DNA of 64,000 nt from Gnetum montanum (taxonomy: Eukaryota > Plantae > Gnetophyta), in NCBI GenBank assembly GCA_015680685.1, contig MNCI01000909.1, positions 105,758 through 169,757 of the forward strand, read 5' to 3'. A model generated the notes under the pieces. That model did not search any database, had not been told where the DNA came from, and was given only the letters and a program-made list of their open reading frames with translations. Positions 22,840 through 37,800 of the stretch are shown here, one piece after another. The stretch's first letter is position 1, and every line of letters starts with the position of its first letter. The position numbers and the translations under genes were made by a program.

Positions 22840-25800
22840 TTAAAAAGAAACTCTATATTTTTCCAAGTCTACTGATTACAATTTGACCATTGAGCAAGTA
22901 CTTCACTAATAGTTTTATTTCATAATTTCTTGGTCTATTTGTTCTTAATTGCAATGGGTCAAACTTCAAAGCTAGCATTGGATCACAATGACAAAGTATT
23001 TCAATCTAGCACATATGGTACATCATTTTCATGAAATTTCTTTAGCAAGGTTACATGGAAAACTGGATGAATTTTTAAGGTTTCTAGAAGATTGAACCGA
23101 TATGCTACTTTGGTAATTCTTTTAGATATTTCATAGGGTCCACAAAATCTGGATGAAAATTTAGTATATTTTCCAAGTTTAAGAGAAATTTTGATAGGTT
23201 TTAGTCTTAGTAGTACTTGATCTTTTACTTGGAATTATTTTTTCAGTCGATGTTGATCTACATATCATTTATATTTATCTTTGGTAGCTTGTAAATTTTT
23301 CTTAACTCTTGTAATAATGTTTTCCATTATTTTTATTTCTTCTTCCTTCCATTCCATTCTTAAGGTTGGATCTGCCTAGGTTAGTGGTGTATGAAAATTA
23401 CATCCATACACTACCTTGACTAGTGTTTGATGTATGCATCCTTGATAATTGCTATTATAAGAAAATTCTATCAAGTGCAAATAATTCTCCCACATTTTTG
23501 GTCTACTCCCAACATAGCTTCATAGAATACCTTCTAATATTCTATTCACACATTTGGTTTTCCCATCAGCATCAGGATGGTAGGTTGTGCTAAATTTCAA
23601 CTCAGTTCGAAGCTCTCTAAAGAAATTTTTCCAAAATTCAGATACGAACTTGGGATCTTTGTTTGAGATGATAGATTTTGAACAACCATGCAATCGAAAT
23701 ACTTCATGTATGAATTTTTGGGCTACTTCTTTTACTATGTTTGTAGATTTCAAAGCTATAAAATGTGTCATCTTTGATAGACTATCAACCACTACCAAAA
23801 TTGAGTCATTTTCCTTTTTGATTCTTGGGAATCCCACAATGAAATCTATGGTGACATCTTCCCATTTCCAAGTTGGGACTTCCATAGGTTATAATAACCC
23901 ACTAGGTTTTCTCTATTAAGCTTTTATTCTTTGGCATGTTGGACAATTGTTAACGTATGAGGATACATCATTCCTCATTCTAGGCCAAAAATAAGATTTA
24001 TGTATCATCATATAGGTGTTAATATAACTTTGATATCTTGCATATCGTACTTCATGTGCTTCACACAACAACCTTAGTCTCCAATTTCCTTTTGGTATGC
24101 ACACTCTTTGTCCTTTCATTAGTAAACTATTAGAGGTAAGTTGATATCAAGGCTCAGAGGAAATATCAGTTAAAATATTCTTATAATAAGGGTCTTCGTT
24201 TATTTGTTCTTTGATTTCTTCTTCCATAGGAATCATTACCACATCTATCATTAAGTTCCACATTTGACTAAGGGCATTAGCTACCACATTTTTCTTACCA
24301 ATAATATATTTGATTTTAAAATCATATTCAACCAATAATTATACCCATCACCTTTGAAAAGTATTCAAAATAGGCTATCTCTGCAAATATTCTAAACTTT
24401 TATGATCTATTTTTAGTACAAACCCTTTTCCATAAAGATAATGTCTCAAAACTTTTAAAGCATGAACAATTGTTAACAATTCTAAATCATTGGTTGAGTA
24501 ATTTTCCTCAACTCTTCATAATTTACAAGATTCATAACATACCATTTTATTTTCTTCTAAAATAAAAACACTAATTCCTATTCCACAGGCATCCATGAAT
24601 ACTTCAAATCGTAATTCTTCATCCAGAATTCTTAGAATAGGTGTTGTTGTAAGTAGCATATTTAATATGAGGAAAGCTTCCCTACATTTTTCATCAAAAT
24701 TAAACACACATTTCTTCTCCAAAAGGTTAGTCAATGGGGCTACCAAGGTAGAATAATCTTTAATGAAATGTCAATAAAAACTAGCTAAACCTAAGAAGCT
24801 ATGAACTGCTATAACATTTTTTAATTTAGGCTAGTCTTGGATCGCACTAATTTTTGTTGGATGTACTTACAATCCTTTCTTAGAAACTATATGACCCAAG
24901 TATGAAACTTCTTCCTTAAAGAGTTTACATTTAGTCAATTTAGCTTTTAACCGATGCTATTTAAGAATTTTCATTGTAATTTTCAAATGTCTAACATGTT
25001 CTTCTCTTGACTTAGAATAAACAAGTATATTATCCATAAATACTATAACAAATTGATCAATACATTCATGAAAAATATTATTCATTAATGCCATGAATGT
25101 TGTAGGTGCATTAGTTAATTCAAATAACACAACAAATTCGTATAATCCAAACCTTGTTCTAAAAGTGGTTTTGTCAATATCTTTCTCCTTGATCCTTATT
25201 TGGTGATAACCTAATTTTAAATTAATCTTTGAAAAATAACATGCACCCATAAGTTGATTAAAAAAATCATCAATCCTAGGCAAAGGATAATTATTTTTAA
25301 TTATCACTTTATTTAATGCTCTATAATCGATGCATAATCTTAACGTACATTCTTTCTTTTTAAGGAATGAGATTAGTGCACCTCAAGGTGATATGCTAGG
25401 TTAAGTTTTTCCTTCTTCCAATAATTGGTCTAATTTTAATTTTAATTCTCTTAATTTAAAAGTAAAAAAAACTATAAGGGGAATTTGAAACAAGTTTTGT
25501 ACTAGGAAAAATATCAATAGCATGCTCAATAGTGCTTTTTGAAGGTAGTTCTCTAGTTTTACCAAATACTGAATCTTATATTCATTAAGTTCTTTTGGAA
25601 TCTCAATACTTGAAGATCTCTGAGGTTGGGTTACTTTGACAACCAACACTGTAGCATCCTTTTTGACTAATTTTTTAGCTTGCTTAATGGTTGTCATATG
25701 AATTTTCCTTGTTGTTTCAACCCTCTTTGAACCCTAACTCCGTCAGTGGTTGGGACTTTTAAAATAGGAGTTCCAAGTGGGTAGTAATATCAATTTTTTG

Positions 25801-27330
25801 TAAGAAATGCATTCCTAAAATTGCATCAACATCACCTAGTTCAAATTCAAATAATTCATCAATGAAAGGCATGTTTTGCAAAGTAAAGTGAATTTCTTCA
25901 TACCTGTTATGCTTGCTCATAGTTGTTCCATTGGCCAGTTCTATCTTAATAATTTTCTTAGACGGTAAACTTAATTTTAATAAATTAGTTAACTTTGAAG
26001 AAATAAAGTTTTTACTAGCACCACTATTAAGTAAAAATTTAATTTTTTCCCCTTTAATTCAACCTTTAAAAATTAGTAAATAAAACTAAAATTTATGGAA
26101 ACCTGATTTAGTTGATGTAGATATCTTCTTCATAACTATGGTAGTGGTTGGAATTTTTCCTTTGTCCATGTTTGGGATGGATTTTTAATTCTTGTTTTGG
26201 TTTGGCATTTGTACTTTTTTTCATAATGTTGGACAGTCTCATTTGAAATTATCTTCATCATAAACAAAACATCTTGATATTGATTAAGCTCTTTTTCTTG
26301 GTGTTTCCTCTACCATTGCTTGTGGAAAGGTATTTGATCGAAGAGTTGCTTGTGAAAGGGTAGCTCGTATCTGATTCAATTCCTCATAATATATGCTTCA
26401 TCAATAGTTTACCAATGAATTATGACCTCATGTTTGGGGATGCAATTGAGCATTTAGTTTACCAATGAATTTTAAAGCTAATTCTCCCTCATCCCAGTGA
26501 CTTACATACTAAGAAAGATCACATAATTCCTTATAGTAATCCTTTATGGATTACCTTCCCAATCTTAAGGAATCAAATCCCATTTTGCACTCTTTGAGGA
26601 AAGAATCAAGTACAAATTTTTATTCAAAATCTCAACAAAAATTAAGTCAATTTGTAATCAAACCTTGAGATCTCAGTTCATTCCACCATGTTATCACAAG
26701 TCCTCTTAAATACAAGAAGATAACTTCTAAATGTTCCTAGATTGACAAATTTAACTTATTGAAGTAGTTTTTCATTGTATCAAGCTAATCCTTTATCTTG
26801 GTACTAGATCTAGGGGCTCTATCATAATGATCTAATTTTACTTTATTCACATGAACTTGTATCAATGATTCTTTAGGTTGATTAAGCTAGTTCCCATATC
26901 ACTTACCTTCAATTTCTACTCTATGGCCTAAAGGAGGAATTTCGGTATCCTATCCACTAGTAGGTGAGCATTGCTTTTGTTGTGGATCCCTAGGGAAAAG
27001 TTGATCTTGATCTTGATATTGATCCCTAGGTGAAATGTGGGTAGGATTTGAAGGTTGAATGAGATGGTCAATTAATTAGTTAATGGAGTCTACAAATGAA
27101 TCCATCTTTCCTTGCACACTGACCATTTATCCTTTGAACTCTAGGATAATTTCCTAATTTTCTTAGATGTATTTGGCATCTCTTTCCTAAACGCTTGATT
27201 TGACTAGTGAAGCTCTTCTTGAACACCCTTGATCTCATTAATCTGATCTTCAAGCACATTCATCTAATCATTAACTTAGGCCTCCATTTCTCTTCAATTT
27301 AATCTTTAGGTTTTGGACATTTGTAAGTTT
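22840..27330 (-). pseudogene. pol: gag-pol remnant of E: gag (~26200-27330), protease (~25800-26100), RT, RNase H, integrase, chromodomain (~22850-22950)
   Basis: FLLNSGASKNFI (DSG), [58 protein letters not shown], and C-terminal NKTISEVLAQW...TW chromodomain-like motif. Confidence 0.93.
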
Positions 27331-28039
27331 AAAAAATTAGGTATGTTGGTAATCCTTAGCTTTCATGGCCCTTTTCATGAATTTCAAAATAGTTAATTAG
27401 TTGCAAAAGTAGTTGAAACTATTATGGATTTCTTCTTAAGTACCAAATCCTAATTATTTTTGAAACCTTAACTAATGGATTAAAATTCTAATTTTCTATA
27501 ATATAAAACCTAAATTTGATAGTTCTATTGAGTTCAGAAGGTTTAAATCTATTGGAATCAATTTTTTCTCAATTGAAAATGGACTCCAAATTTAAAATTT
27601 ATAGCTGTTTTAAATTTACAAAAGTTGCACATTTTTCAAGACTTCTAGAGAGGTCACCCATCCCAGTTCTACTCTAGAATGAGTGCACTTAGTAGAGAAG
27701 ATTTTATCCCCATTGTTATGAAGGCAACAACTTTAAATTTTTAAAAATATTTATGTGTTCTTAATTTAAATTGATAATTAATGATGAAAATTTTTAAATT
27801 TTTCCATCAGCTGATGGAAATTTGAAATTCTCATCAATTGTTGAAAAATTTGAATTTCTTGTTTGCTAAGAAAAACTTTTTGCTGTGTAGATGAAAATCC
27901 ATTTCAAGGTCTATAGAGACCTCCTCTAGGCTATTGTGATCGATCTTGGGACCTATGTAGCTCATCTTAGGGCCTACATGGCCTCTTCATTGGGCTTGCA
28001 TGACTTCTATGGATGTTCACTAGAGGGATGGCTTCTGGT

Positions 28040-28520
28040 GGCATTCGAAGAGATGGTTTGTAGCAACATGGGAGGTTGTTTGAGGTAGCACAAGAGTAGG
28101 TTTATGGTAGTGTGGGAGGCAATTTATGATAGTGTGGAGGTGGTTTGTGGAATCATGGGAGGTGGTTTATGATGGCATAAGAGGTATTTTATGGTGGCAT
28201 GAGAGGTAGTTTATGTTGGCATGGGCGGTACTTTGTGGTGAAACAAGAGGGAATTAATGGTAACACATGAGGTGGTTTGTGGTGGTAGATGCAGGGCACT
28301 ATGTAGCAATGGGTAGTAGTGTAGTGGACACGTGTTGGTGAGCAGCAGGCATGTGACGATGGTAGTAGGCATGCAATAGTGGGTAGCGTGGGGATACGTG
28401 TAGGCACAATGTGGCAGCAAGTGTAGGCTTAGGAAAATGGTAGGGGTAAGCATGGTGCAGTGGTAGGCATAGGCTCAACATAGTGGTAGGGGTAGGAAAT
28501 GCATAGTGTAATGTTGTCCT
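28040..28520. repeat. Degenerate G/T-rich tandem repeat (~22 bp, ggaggtggtttatggtggcat) in the 5' leader of E
   Basis: Repeated units are visible; they account for the overlapping low-complexity ORFs at 28189-28541. Confidence 0.7.
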
Positions 28521-29199
28521 TGGAGCTAGCCTAAGGGCCAATCCCTTTGTAGCTGCGGCTAGCAGTAGGCTTGGCCATGGCTAGTAACTAGCTTGGCCAT
28601 AGTTGGCAACATGGTCAATTGCAACCTGTAGAAAGAGCAATCATGGTCCTTCCAAGGGTTCAAATTTTTTAATTTTAAATTATTTTAATAATAATAAATT
28701 TTGGGGCTTAGAATTGAACTCAAGACCTCTGGCCCCCCTTTTCTGGTTTTTTCTTAATTCAAAATTTTAAAATTAAAAAGTATATTTTTAAAAAATTTAT
28801 ATTTAAAATCTAAAATTTAAGATTTAAAAAATAATTTTTTTAAAAAAATAAATTTTTTTAAAATATATCTTTTTTAATTTTAAGCTACACATAACCTGGG
28901 AATTAATGTATCTTTCAAACTATAAGTCAACTTTTGATGAACTTGGTACCATTGGAATCATCTTGGAGAGCACTTTGTGTAAAGCTAGAGTTAAATTCTA
29001 TTTTAGTGAACCTAAAAATCATAAAATCAAAAAAATTAAACATTATATTTTTTAAAAAAAATTAAACATTAGCTTTTAATAAAATGTAAATGTTAGCTTT
29101 ATCAAATATTTGATTAACTTAAGTTAAAACTTCCTCTTTACTTTTACTAAGATTTTTACAGTTGCATTATAAATCTGAGAAGAAAAAAGGCTTTGCTTG

Positions 29200-31475
29200 T
29201 CACAACTCAATATTAGAAGGATTCTATTAGTAGAGAATTTTAAAAATTTTCTACCATCAAAGGATTCTAACCATCTTCATCATGGCCCCCAAGTGTCAAG
29301 CATCAACTCTACCTCAAAATTCTTGAGGTAGCACTTAATCGACCACTATTATTTTATATCAAAATAATGTACTCTCTACTTCTGATTGTGTTCGTACCTT
29401 ATTTGGAAATGAGGGGTTTCAGTACTTTACAACTTCTAGGTTATCTAGTTTACTTGTCTTCGCCATTTTAAGCTTTCCCATTGCAAAGCCATTCTCATGG
29501 AATGGTGTGAATAGTATAATAGTAAGAAAATTTGTAGTTATGAGTTAGCTTTTGGTGCAATAAAAATCCTTCCTTTTGATATTCATATAGCTTTGGATTT
29601 TTAGCAAGGAGAGGATTCTTTAATTCCATTATCTTTCTCCCCAAAATTTAAATCATTTTGTAGAAAGGAATTATCTAATTATGTTATTGATTTTGCTCTT
29701 GGCAAAAGCCAATTTGTTCATGGAGATTTTATCAATGAGGTTCACTTTGATTTATGTCTATTCATTTATAGCAAGGTTTTGTATTATAAACATTAATCCC
29801 ATGTTAATTCTTATTTTATTTACATACTTCATGATGCCATAATTGGTAGAATTTATGATTGGTCATTGCCTTGTTTCTCTACCTAGTATAATTTCATGAC
29901 TAGAATTATTACTATCTAGCAGAATCCTACCAAATCTTAAACCCTATGCTGTGTATCCTTGTTTATGTATTTGATCCTAAGCTATGATCATCCAAACAAA
30001 TGTTTTAGTCATTACAATCCCTAATTATGCCTTGAATTTCTTGAAGATGAGAGAGTTATAAGGAGTAAGATTGTGGGTGCCAAGAAAGGTTAGCTGACTT
30101 GACAGCATGCTTAGAATTAGAAGGAAATCAACAAGGTAATTTTATGTATTGATTATTTCCTTGTTTTTGATTATATCTTTATTTTATGTATTTGATAGTG
30201 CAATCTAGGCTATTGAATGAACCGATTTAGAGTGCCCAAGCTAAAGATGAATAGGCTAAAGAAGTTCAAGGTACTTCAACCTTTGGTATAGTTCAACCAC
30301 AAGAATAAATCATAATTTCTACTTCTAAGGTATATATATATATGTATACACACACACACACAATAACTTTGTTTAATGTATTATTTATTTTTCTAATAAA
30401 TTTCCTTTTGCAAAGGCAATGTACTAGGCAATGTTTTGGCAATCCAGTAGTTATAAGACAACAAGCCCAACAAAAGGCTCAACAACAACACCAGAAAACT
30501 TGACAAAGTACAAGACGAGATAAAAGAAAGAAACCAAAGATAAGTTTTAATTATTTAAATATTTGAATACTCTCCTCTTTCTTCTCTATGATGTTGATTT
30601 TTGTGTTGTAGATGTTTATGGAGCAATAATACTTTATCTAAGAGATGGGAAGATATGATGCAAGCACCACTTCCAAATAGACTTCTATTCCTTCATCTAG
30701 ATCACCAAGCATGCCTTTTTTCTCTACAATATCTATAAGAGGTTCCCTTTCATAAGTAGCACTGACACCACTTCCTAAGTTTGTTCAACTAGTTTCTTCT
30801 TTTTGTATATTGGGTTCTTCTTATTTGATGAAATATATAGTGATGGCTACTAAAGAAGAACTCATGCTTCTTTTATGTATTAGTTAGTGAATTTTTGATA
30901 ATAAATCCTATTATGTTTGTGATGTTGTATACCACTTACAAGAGTCTTAGTCATGCAACTTCAAGGTAGACTATGATTTAGTACAGGCTAGAGTTCCATC
31001 ATCTTTGCATCTAATTCTTGAGGATGCTCCAAATTCTATCAAAGATCTAGAGAAACTCTTAGGAGAATTGAAGAGTGCAATGTGCTTCACTCACCATCTA
31101 GAGACTCATGAATAGTTCCTTCAAACTCAAAATGATTAGTTTCAAGTAAATACTTATTTTTATATTCTTTACTCTTACCTTATTCTTGATTTGTTCATAA
31201 CTCATAATTTTAGTCTTGTTTATGCAAAGAAAAAAAAAGAATGGAAAAAGGACATAGATGATCAATTGATTCAGATATATATGCTAAAGACCCAACTTAA
31301 AAGAAAGGAGGAATTAGCAACTGTACTAAGACATGTGACTAAGTATATCAAATAATTGTATGACATATTGGGTAGATGTAAGATAGTGCTTACCAAGAAA
31401 GATGTCGCTGATGAAGAAAGGCAAGCACAATTGAAAATAGTCATAGATCTCCTTAACTTGTTTAGTTGCAATAAA
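29200..31475 (+). pseudogene. Probable antisense intron-containing accessory gene in the 5' leader of chromovirus E
   Basis: Purine-rich exon-like blocks alternate with T-rich intron-like blocks: 30136-30198 and 30330-30415 (GT..AG), 30540-30611 (ATAAGT..AG). Motif YILHDAIIGRIYDWS; coiled-coil-like DLEKLLGELKS. Confidence 0.55.
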
Positions 31476-31720
31476 TGATCATAGTTGTTTTACATCTTTT
31501 CCATTCTTGTGTTTTGCTTCTTTCCTCATTCCTCCCTTTTTGTATTCTACTTAGATGTACTTCATCTTATCCTATTATACACTAAAATAAAATAAAATAA
31601 TATTTTTCTTTCATTTTTCCATTTTTCTTAGATATACTTATGTTTTACAATAATAATAAAAATAAAACAATGTCTTTCTTCCACTTTGGCACTTGAATTA
31701 TGGTTTTCTCTAATACCAAA

Positions 31721-32227
31721 TGTGACATCCCATTCTTGGATGTTGTAAAAATATGATCACTTAATTTACCTCATTCACCATTTTCTTAGATAATATAATG
31801 GAAACATCATAAATACTTAATGAATGAATTAATTGGTAACTAAATAATTAGTAATTTAGAATAAAAGGAGGAAAACATAAAAAATTTATTAATAGAAGAG
31901 AGTACTATAATATCTTTTGGGTTATCTTCCTATGCCACTTAAGCCTTAGATCAATACAACACTACCACCATGGTTAGGCTATCCTACCAAAGGGGTGATC
32001 AGTCTCTTCCTTTCCTGCTTCACTCAACTCTCGTCACTTTCCTATTCTGGCTCCATAGCTTCATGCCAATGCAACCTCTAAACCTAGCCTTAAATGGGAT
32101 AGGTCAAACCCTTTTCCAAGGGATACATAAATAATCATAACTTCTCATAATTAGGTGCCCCTTCATTTGAAGGTTAATTACATTGTTTATAATTTCTTCC
32201 ACCCTTAATAAGGGATGAGACGTTACT
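31721..32227 (-). repeat. 5' LTR of element E (507 bp)
   Basis: Direct repeat of 22133-22617 with a ~22 bp indel; adjacent PBS. Confidence 0.95.
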
Positions 32228-32579
32228 AGTAGACTTCATGCTTGTATGAGGAAAGTAGAATTTATGTTATGTTAGTGGGAAAATTATTTTCTAATAAGAA
32301 TTTAAGCTTGGGTAGGTTCCACTAGATGCCTCCCAAGAAAACTAATAAAAATCCTTATATAATGGGGTTTACACATTTGACCAAAACTACATTGGGGTTA
32401 ATTTCTAAATGAGCCTTGGAATGATCTCTAAGAACCAACCCTACCCAAGACACATCTCCTAGCCATCCATCCATAATATGTTGAAGCCAATAAAGCCTCA
32501 TAAAAAAATTAAAAATCAAATGTTGATACTAGAAGGTCCCAAGCACTAAGGGAAGTTAAAACACATACAAAATAAAATA

Positions 32580-33930
32580 TTTTTATAAAACTACATTGGA
32601 TAATGGAAAAGCTATGTTGTCTAGCATAGTTTTGCAAAGGATGAAAATAATCAACACTAACTAGGCTTCTAATTGACTTTGAATTAATCACACAAAGTTC
32701 CAAACCTTAGTTGGAGCCTCTAGTAGCTCTAAAACCTCTTAGAACTTGTCAAAAGTTGCTAAAACCTATTATTCTCAACAAACTATGTTGTAGGGATCCA
32801 AACTACACTAGCCAACATAGTATTATGAAGTTTGACCATCAAGAGAATCAACAAAGCCTCTAACAACCATCGAGGTGATAAACCCTAGCCTTTAGACCTT
32901 CCTAGAGCCTTTGATAAACTTGGAATGAAAAATAACAATTTACAAACAAGTCAATACTCATGATAATCTTAAAACTATGTTGGAAGAGGTTAAAATTACA
33001 CTAGACAACATAGTTTTTATATGAAAATTTAAAAGAGGACTATTAACCAGTTAAATTGACCCCCAAATATATCAACCTAACCCTAGAACTTTGTCAGAGC
33101 ATCTACTCAAACCCTAAAAATTATGTCAAAATTGATCAAAATTAATCATTTTCTCCAAAAATATGATGGAACAACCTAGCATAGCTTTTAGGAAAGTTGT
33201 CAATATCAAGGCTCCAATGACCTTTGGAATCAACAATTTTGAGCATAAACCCTAGCCATGAATACTAGTGGCCCTAGGAACCTAAAACCATGTTTGATTG
33301 ACCATAAAAAATAACCAAAAGCCAAGATTTTAGCAAAGCTATAGTGAAGTAGACCAAAACTATGTTGGCTAGCATAGTTTTGATAACATCACAACACCAC
33401 GAATAGTTTGAAACTTGACTAGAGAATCTTAGAACCATTGAACTTAAAACCTACTACCATTTCACCTCATTTTGAGCATGAAAAGAACAAATTTAGTAAA
33501 ACTATGCTAGAACTAGAGAAAACTACTTCAGCTAGTAGAGTTTTGAGGTCTGAGGTTTTGAACTATACTTTCAATGACTCATCTTAGCTTCCAAATGATC
33601 ATTTGGAAACCCTGACATCCCTATGCTATTTGGAAGGTTGCTGGAGCACAAATTCTAATCTTAAGATACCATAAATAAAGTTTTTATATAATACTATGCT
33701 AGAGACAAGGAAATCTATGCTTGCTAGTGTAGTTTTCAGCTTTTGGTGATATTTGGAGTCTTCAAGGAATCAAATTGGTGCCAAATGTGATCAATCTCCA
33801 CTCCCAGCCTACTTTGTTATCAATTTAGACTATCAAAACCCCAAAACTTGTCCTAATGAGCCATGGAAATTATATTTTGATAAAAACTATAATAGGGTTT
33901 CTAAAACTACATTAGACAGTGTAGCTTTAG
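32580..33930. repeat. Periodic palindromic-module array in the spacer of B (~190 bp period)
   Basis: AACTA(C/T)(A/G)..AACTACACTAGCCAACATAGT-like modules near 32587, 32781, 32972, 33160, 33340, 33500, 33692 and 33885. Confidence 0.7.
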
Positions 33931-34808
33931 TGTGTGCCAGCATTGTTGTTAGAAAGAACCTCATTTCTTCCTCCAAATAGCCTCAAAATGACCTCTCTAA
34001 GTGCCAAAAATCCTTCATTGACTATATAGCCTTTCACCATGGCTTGATAAGGCCTAAAACTTGCAAAATTTGATCCTGATTCATCCATATTAACCATGTT
34101 TTATCATATGTTTCCCACCCTAACTAGTTTGGCCTTATTCCATTGTTTTTTGATTTGTTTTGATAATATTACACATTATTGAACTTTATTGTCATATCAT
34201 TTGGTATCATTTAGCTTCATTTTTATCACTTTCTTATCATTTGGACCTTTTCACCAAATGTTTCTATCATTTGACAGCATTTGAACCTTATTTTCCTTGG
34301 TTTAACATTAGAGGATATCATTTAATGTTAGCTTGGCCTTGTTTTACCTTACTAAACATCATTTTATTTGACCTAACCATAATTTCGGTTCTATTTGTCA
34401 TCATTTGGCTATCATTTGGCTTCATGGTACATTAGTTGGCCATTGATTCACCTCATTTACCTAACCCTCTCTCCTATGATCTTTGTTGACCATGCTTTGA
34501 CCTTTTCTGACATCATTTGATGGGGCTTGGTCATCGTTTCTCCTCATATGATCATCATTTGGCCTTCATTTTGTCTTATTGGACCATCATTTATCCTTTC
34601 TTTAGCCTTATTTTACACTATTTACCCTTTTTTTCCCCTTATTTTCTTTAGCCTACATCTTGTAACCTTGGTTGACCTTGTTTGGACCTTGTTTGATCAT
34701 TAAAGTAATTTCTTTTGGCTTATTCATGCATTATTACTAAAGTAATTTACATTGTTTTCTCACTTTATCACATAGGTGTCACTTATTTTGCTTATAGTTG
34801 ATATGCAG

Positions 34809-37800
34809 GATTAGAGTATGAACACATAGAATAAATTTAGTTTTCCTTTTAGCCTAAGCAGGCCTCATGGTGTTGTTGAATGGTTAAGTGACTTCAATTA
34901 CATAGATCTTGAGCTTGAGAGCCCAACTAACCACATAGCATTGATAGATAAACCTTTTAAATGGCCTAACCATATGCTCAGAACCCTTGACCTTGAGACT
35001 AGTAACATTACCAAAGACTCTCTATTTGATGTTTTCCTTATGAAACATAGTGGTGAGGAGAAAAAAATGAAACTAAGTTCTTCACTAGAAACTTAGCTTG
35101 ATCAAGACATTACCTAGGTCCTTCAAGATATCATTAAAGCCTTTTCTTGGTCATATGAAGATATGCCTAGCCTTGATCTATGACTAGTATAACATAACAT
35201 CATCCTCAACCCTAATATAAGGCTAGTTAAGTAAAAGGTTCACAAGATTAGACTAGGTTTAGCCCTTGCAATTCATGATGACATCATGAAATTGTATTAA
35301 GTTGGTTTTATTTGAGCTATCAACTACATTGATTTGGTGTCTAACATAGTGTTAGTACCTAAAAAAAATGGGAGTATATGCATGTATATTGATTTCTAAG
35401 ATGTCAATAAGGAAACTATTAATGATGATTTTCCTTTGTCTAGTATTGACCAACTTATCAATACTACAACTAGACATGCCTTGTTATCCTTCATGATTGG
35501 TTTTCAAGATATAACCAAGCTAGGATTAACCTAGGACATCAACTTTTTATGACCTTCATGATCCTTTGAAGAACCTTTTGTTACACTAGGATGCCTTTTG
35601 ATTTGAAGAATGTAGACAACCAATCAATGTGCAACAATGTATATATTTAGTGATTATATGATAGGATTACATAATGACTAGATAGATGTCAAACTAGCTA
35701 AATCTAAAATGGTCAATGGCCATGCACATGACCTTGACTTTGTGCTAAATGATGCCTTAAATATGAACTTAGGCTCAATCCTAAGACGTATGTATTTTAT
35801 GTAAAAATTGGTAAGATGTTTCACTTTATAGTGTCCAAAGGAGGGATATGTGTCAATTGTGATAAGGTTAGGATCATATCCAACTTGGCAGCACTAACTA
35901 ACCTTAAGGATTTTTGAGGACTACAAGGCAGATTACAAATAATATACAATCTATGTAATACTTACTTAAGAAAGGAGTCCACTATCAGTGGATGGCTCAA
36001 TTCCATAAAGCCTTTGAAAACCTTAAGTAAGAGTTGGCACAACTACCCATGGTATATCCTCCATAAAAGGATAAACCTTTTTACATCTACCTTGCTATCT
36101 CTAATGTTTCCATTACCTCTTTACTCTATCAAAAATAAGATTATGGAGAAGAGCTACTAGCATACTAGCTAAGCCATGCATTAATTGACTATGAGACTTG
36201 ATACACTGAAGTGGAGAAGTTTTATCTAGCCCTAGTCTTGTCATTGAAGAAGTGGAGACAATACCTCTTTAGGAGCCAAGTCAATGTCATACACTAGAAC
36301 AATGTTCTTAGAGACATAACCACCAATAATTATGAAAGTAGCTATATAGCCTATTGGAAATCCATAAAAACTTAGTTTTACCTCCATTACAGCTTCCAAG
36401 CTTCAACCAAGGGTCAAGCTATAGCTGTAGAACTCATAGATTCGCTACTGGAAGACCATGTAGCCATTGACCCTGAATTCCTTGCGAAGAATGGCATAAT
36501 TATTAGCAAAATATCCAAGGGCTATGAGGTTATCATGCACTTTGAAAAAGCTTCAACTATCAATGGGTCCAATGATGCTTTCATCATAAAATCACCTTCT
36601 ATTATAATCCAATCCTTTGCATATTGTTTTCAATTCCCATGTACCAATAATGTGGAAGAGTATGAAGGATTGATTAGGGAAATGATGGTATCTTGCAATC
36701 AAGGAATTAAATGCATGATGATAAAATCTAATTCATAACTTATGGTTAACCAAGTAACAAAGGTTTATACATGTAAAGCCAAACATTTGCAACCTTATTG
36801 TTACCTAGTAAAGAAACTAATATAACAAGTTACAAATGTTCGTATTCAACGTATACCCCAAACCAAGAATGCCTTAGTCAAGGCCATTGCAAAATTATCC
36901 CTAATTATGATTCTTGATGTGTTTAGCAAGTTACCCTCCTTAATCATGAACTATGCAATTCCCATTTCATAGAAAACTGAAGGTATCTCTAAAGCCTTTT
37001 TCAGTACTACCCCTCAAAAGAAATGGTATGATGATATCAAGTTTTACCTAATGCATGATGAATCTTCATAGGGACTAATAACTTCTCAAAAGGATATTGT
37101 ATGTGAAATACTGAAAGAGTATGTCATTATAGATAATAACACACTATGTTGAAGGTCCCATGATGATATATTATTATTATGCTTGCATAAAACCAAAGTC
37201 CACACTGTCCCTGAGAAAGTTCATAAAGGTGTATGTGGAGAATATAATTGGCCTAGAGCCATGGATGAAAAGATTGAAAACTAGGCTATTATTGGTCCTA
37301 TATTAAAAGTGAATGTCCTAAGAAGGTTAAAACTTTTCATACCCATCAATTGCATAGCAAAATTATACATGCATCGCCAACTAAGTTACATACTACTTAG
37401 TTAATTTGGCCATTTCAATGGTGTGGACTTGACATTATTGGATCTATAATGCCTAAGTCTTCTATAGGGCATAGCTTTATCATCATTGCAACTAAATATT
37501 TTACAATGTAGGTTGAAGTTATTTTCCTAAGGAAAACAACATTTCAACAAGTCTATAGATTCATACTTGATAACATAGTAGCCTATTTTGGCATAAATTT
37601 GACCATGGTAGCAAATATCAAACCACATTCCAGTAGCCAATAAGCACAAGTCTTTTGTTAAGAACTAGGCATTAAACATTCCTTCTCATCACCATATTGA
37701 CCTCAATCTAGTGGAAAAGCTAAAGCTACTAATAAGGCCATCATAAACATGATCAAGAAGATGCTAAACAATAGCAGATAGAAGTGGCATGAGTGGCTTG

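Larger units (their letters stand above)
22133..32227 (-). mobile_element. Element E: full-length decayed chromovirus (Tekay/Del-like Ty3/gypsy) with 5-bp TSD AGTAG
   Basis: Paired LTRs. TSD at 22128-22132 and 32228-32232. PBS TGGTATTAGAG (iMet-type TGGTATCAGAG) at ~31708-31718. PPT aaggggggtagat at 22618-22630. gag-PR-RT-RH-INT-chromo order. Confidence 0.95.

Noticed and set aside
28189-28541. Three overlapping His/Pro/Thr-rich ORFs
   Set aside because: Translations of a degenerate tandem repeat.
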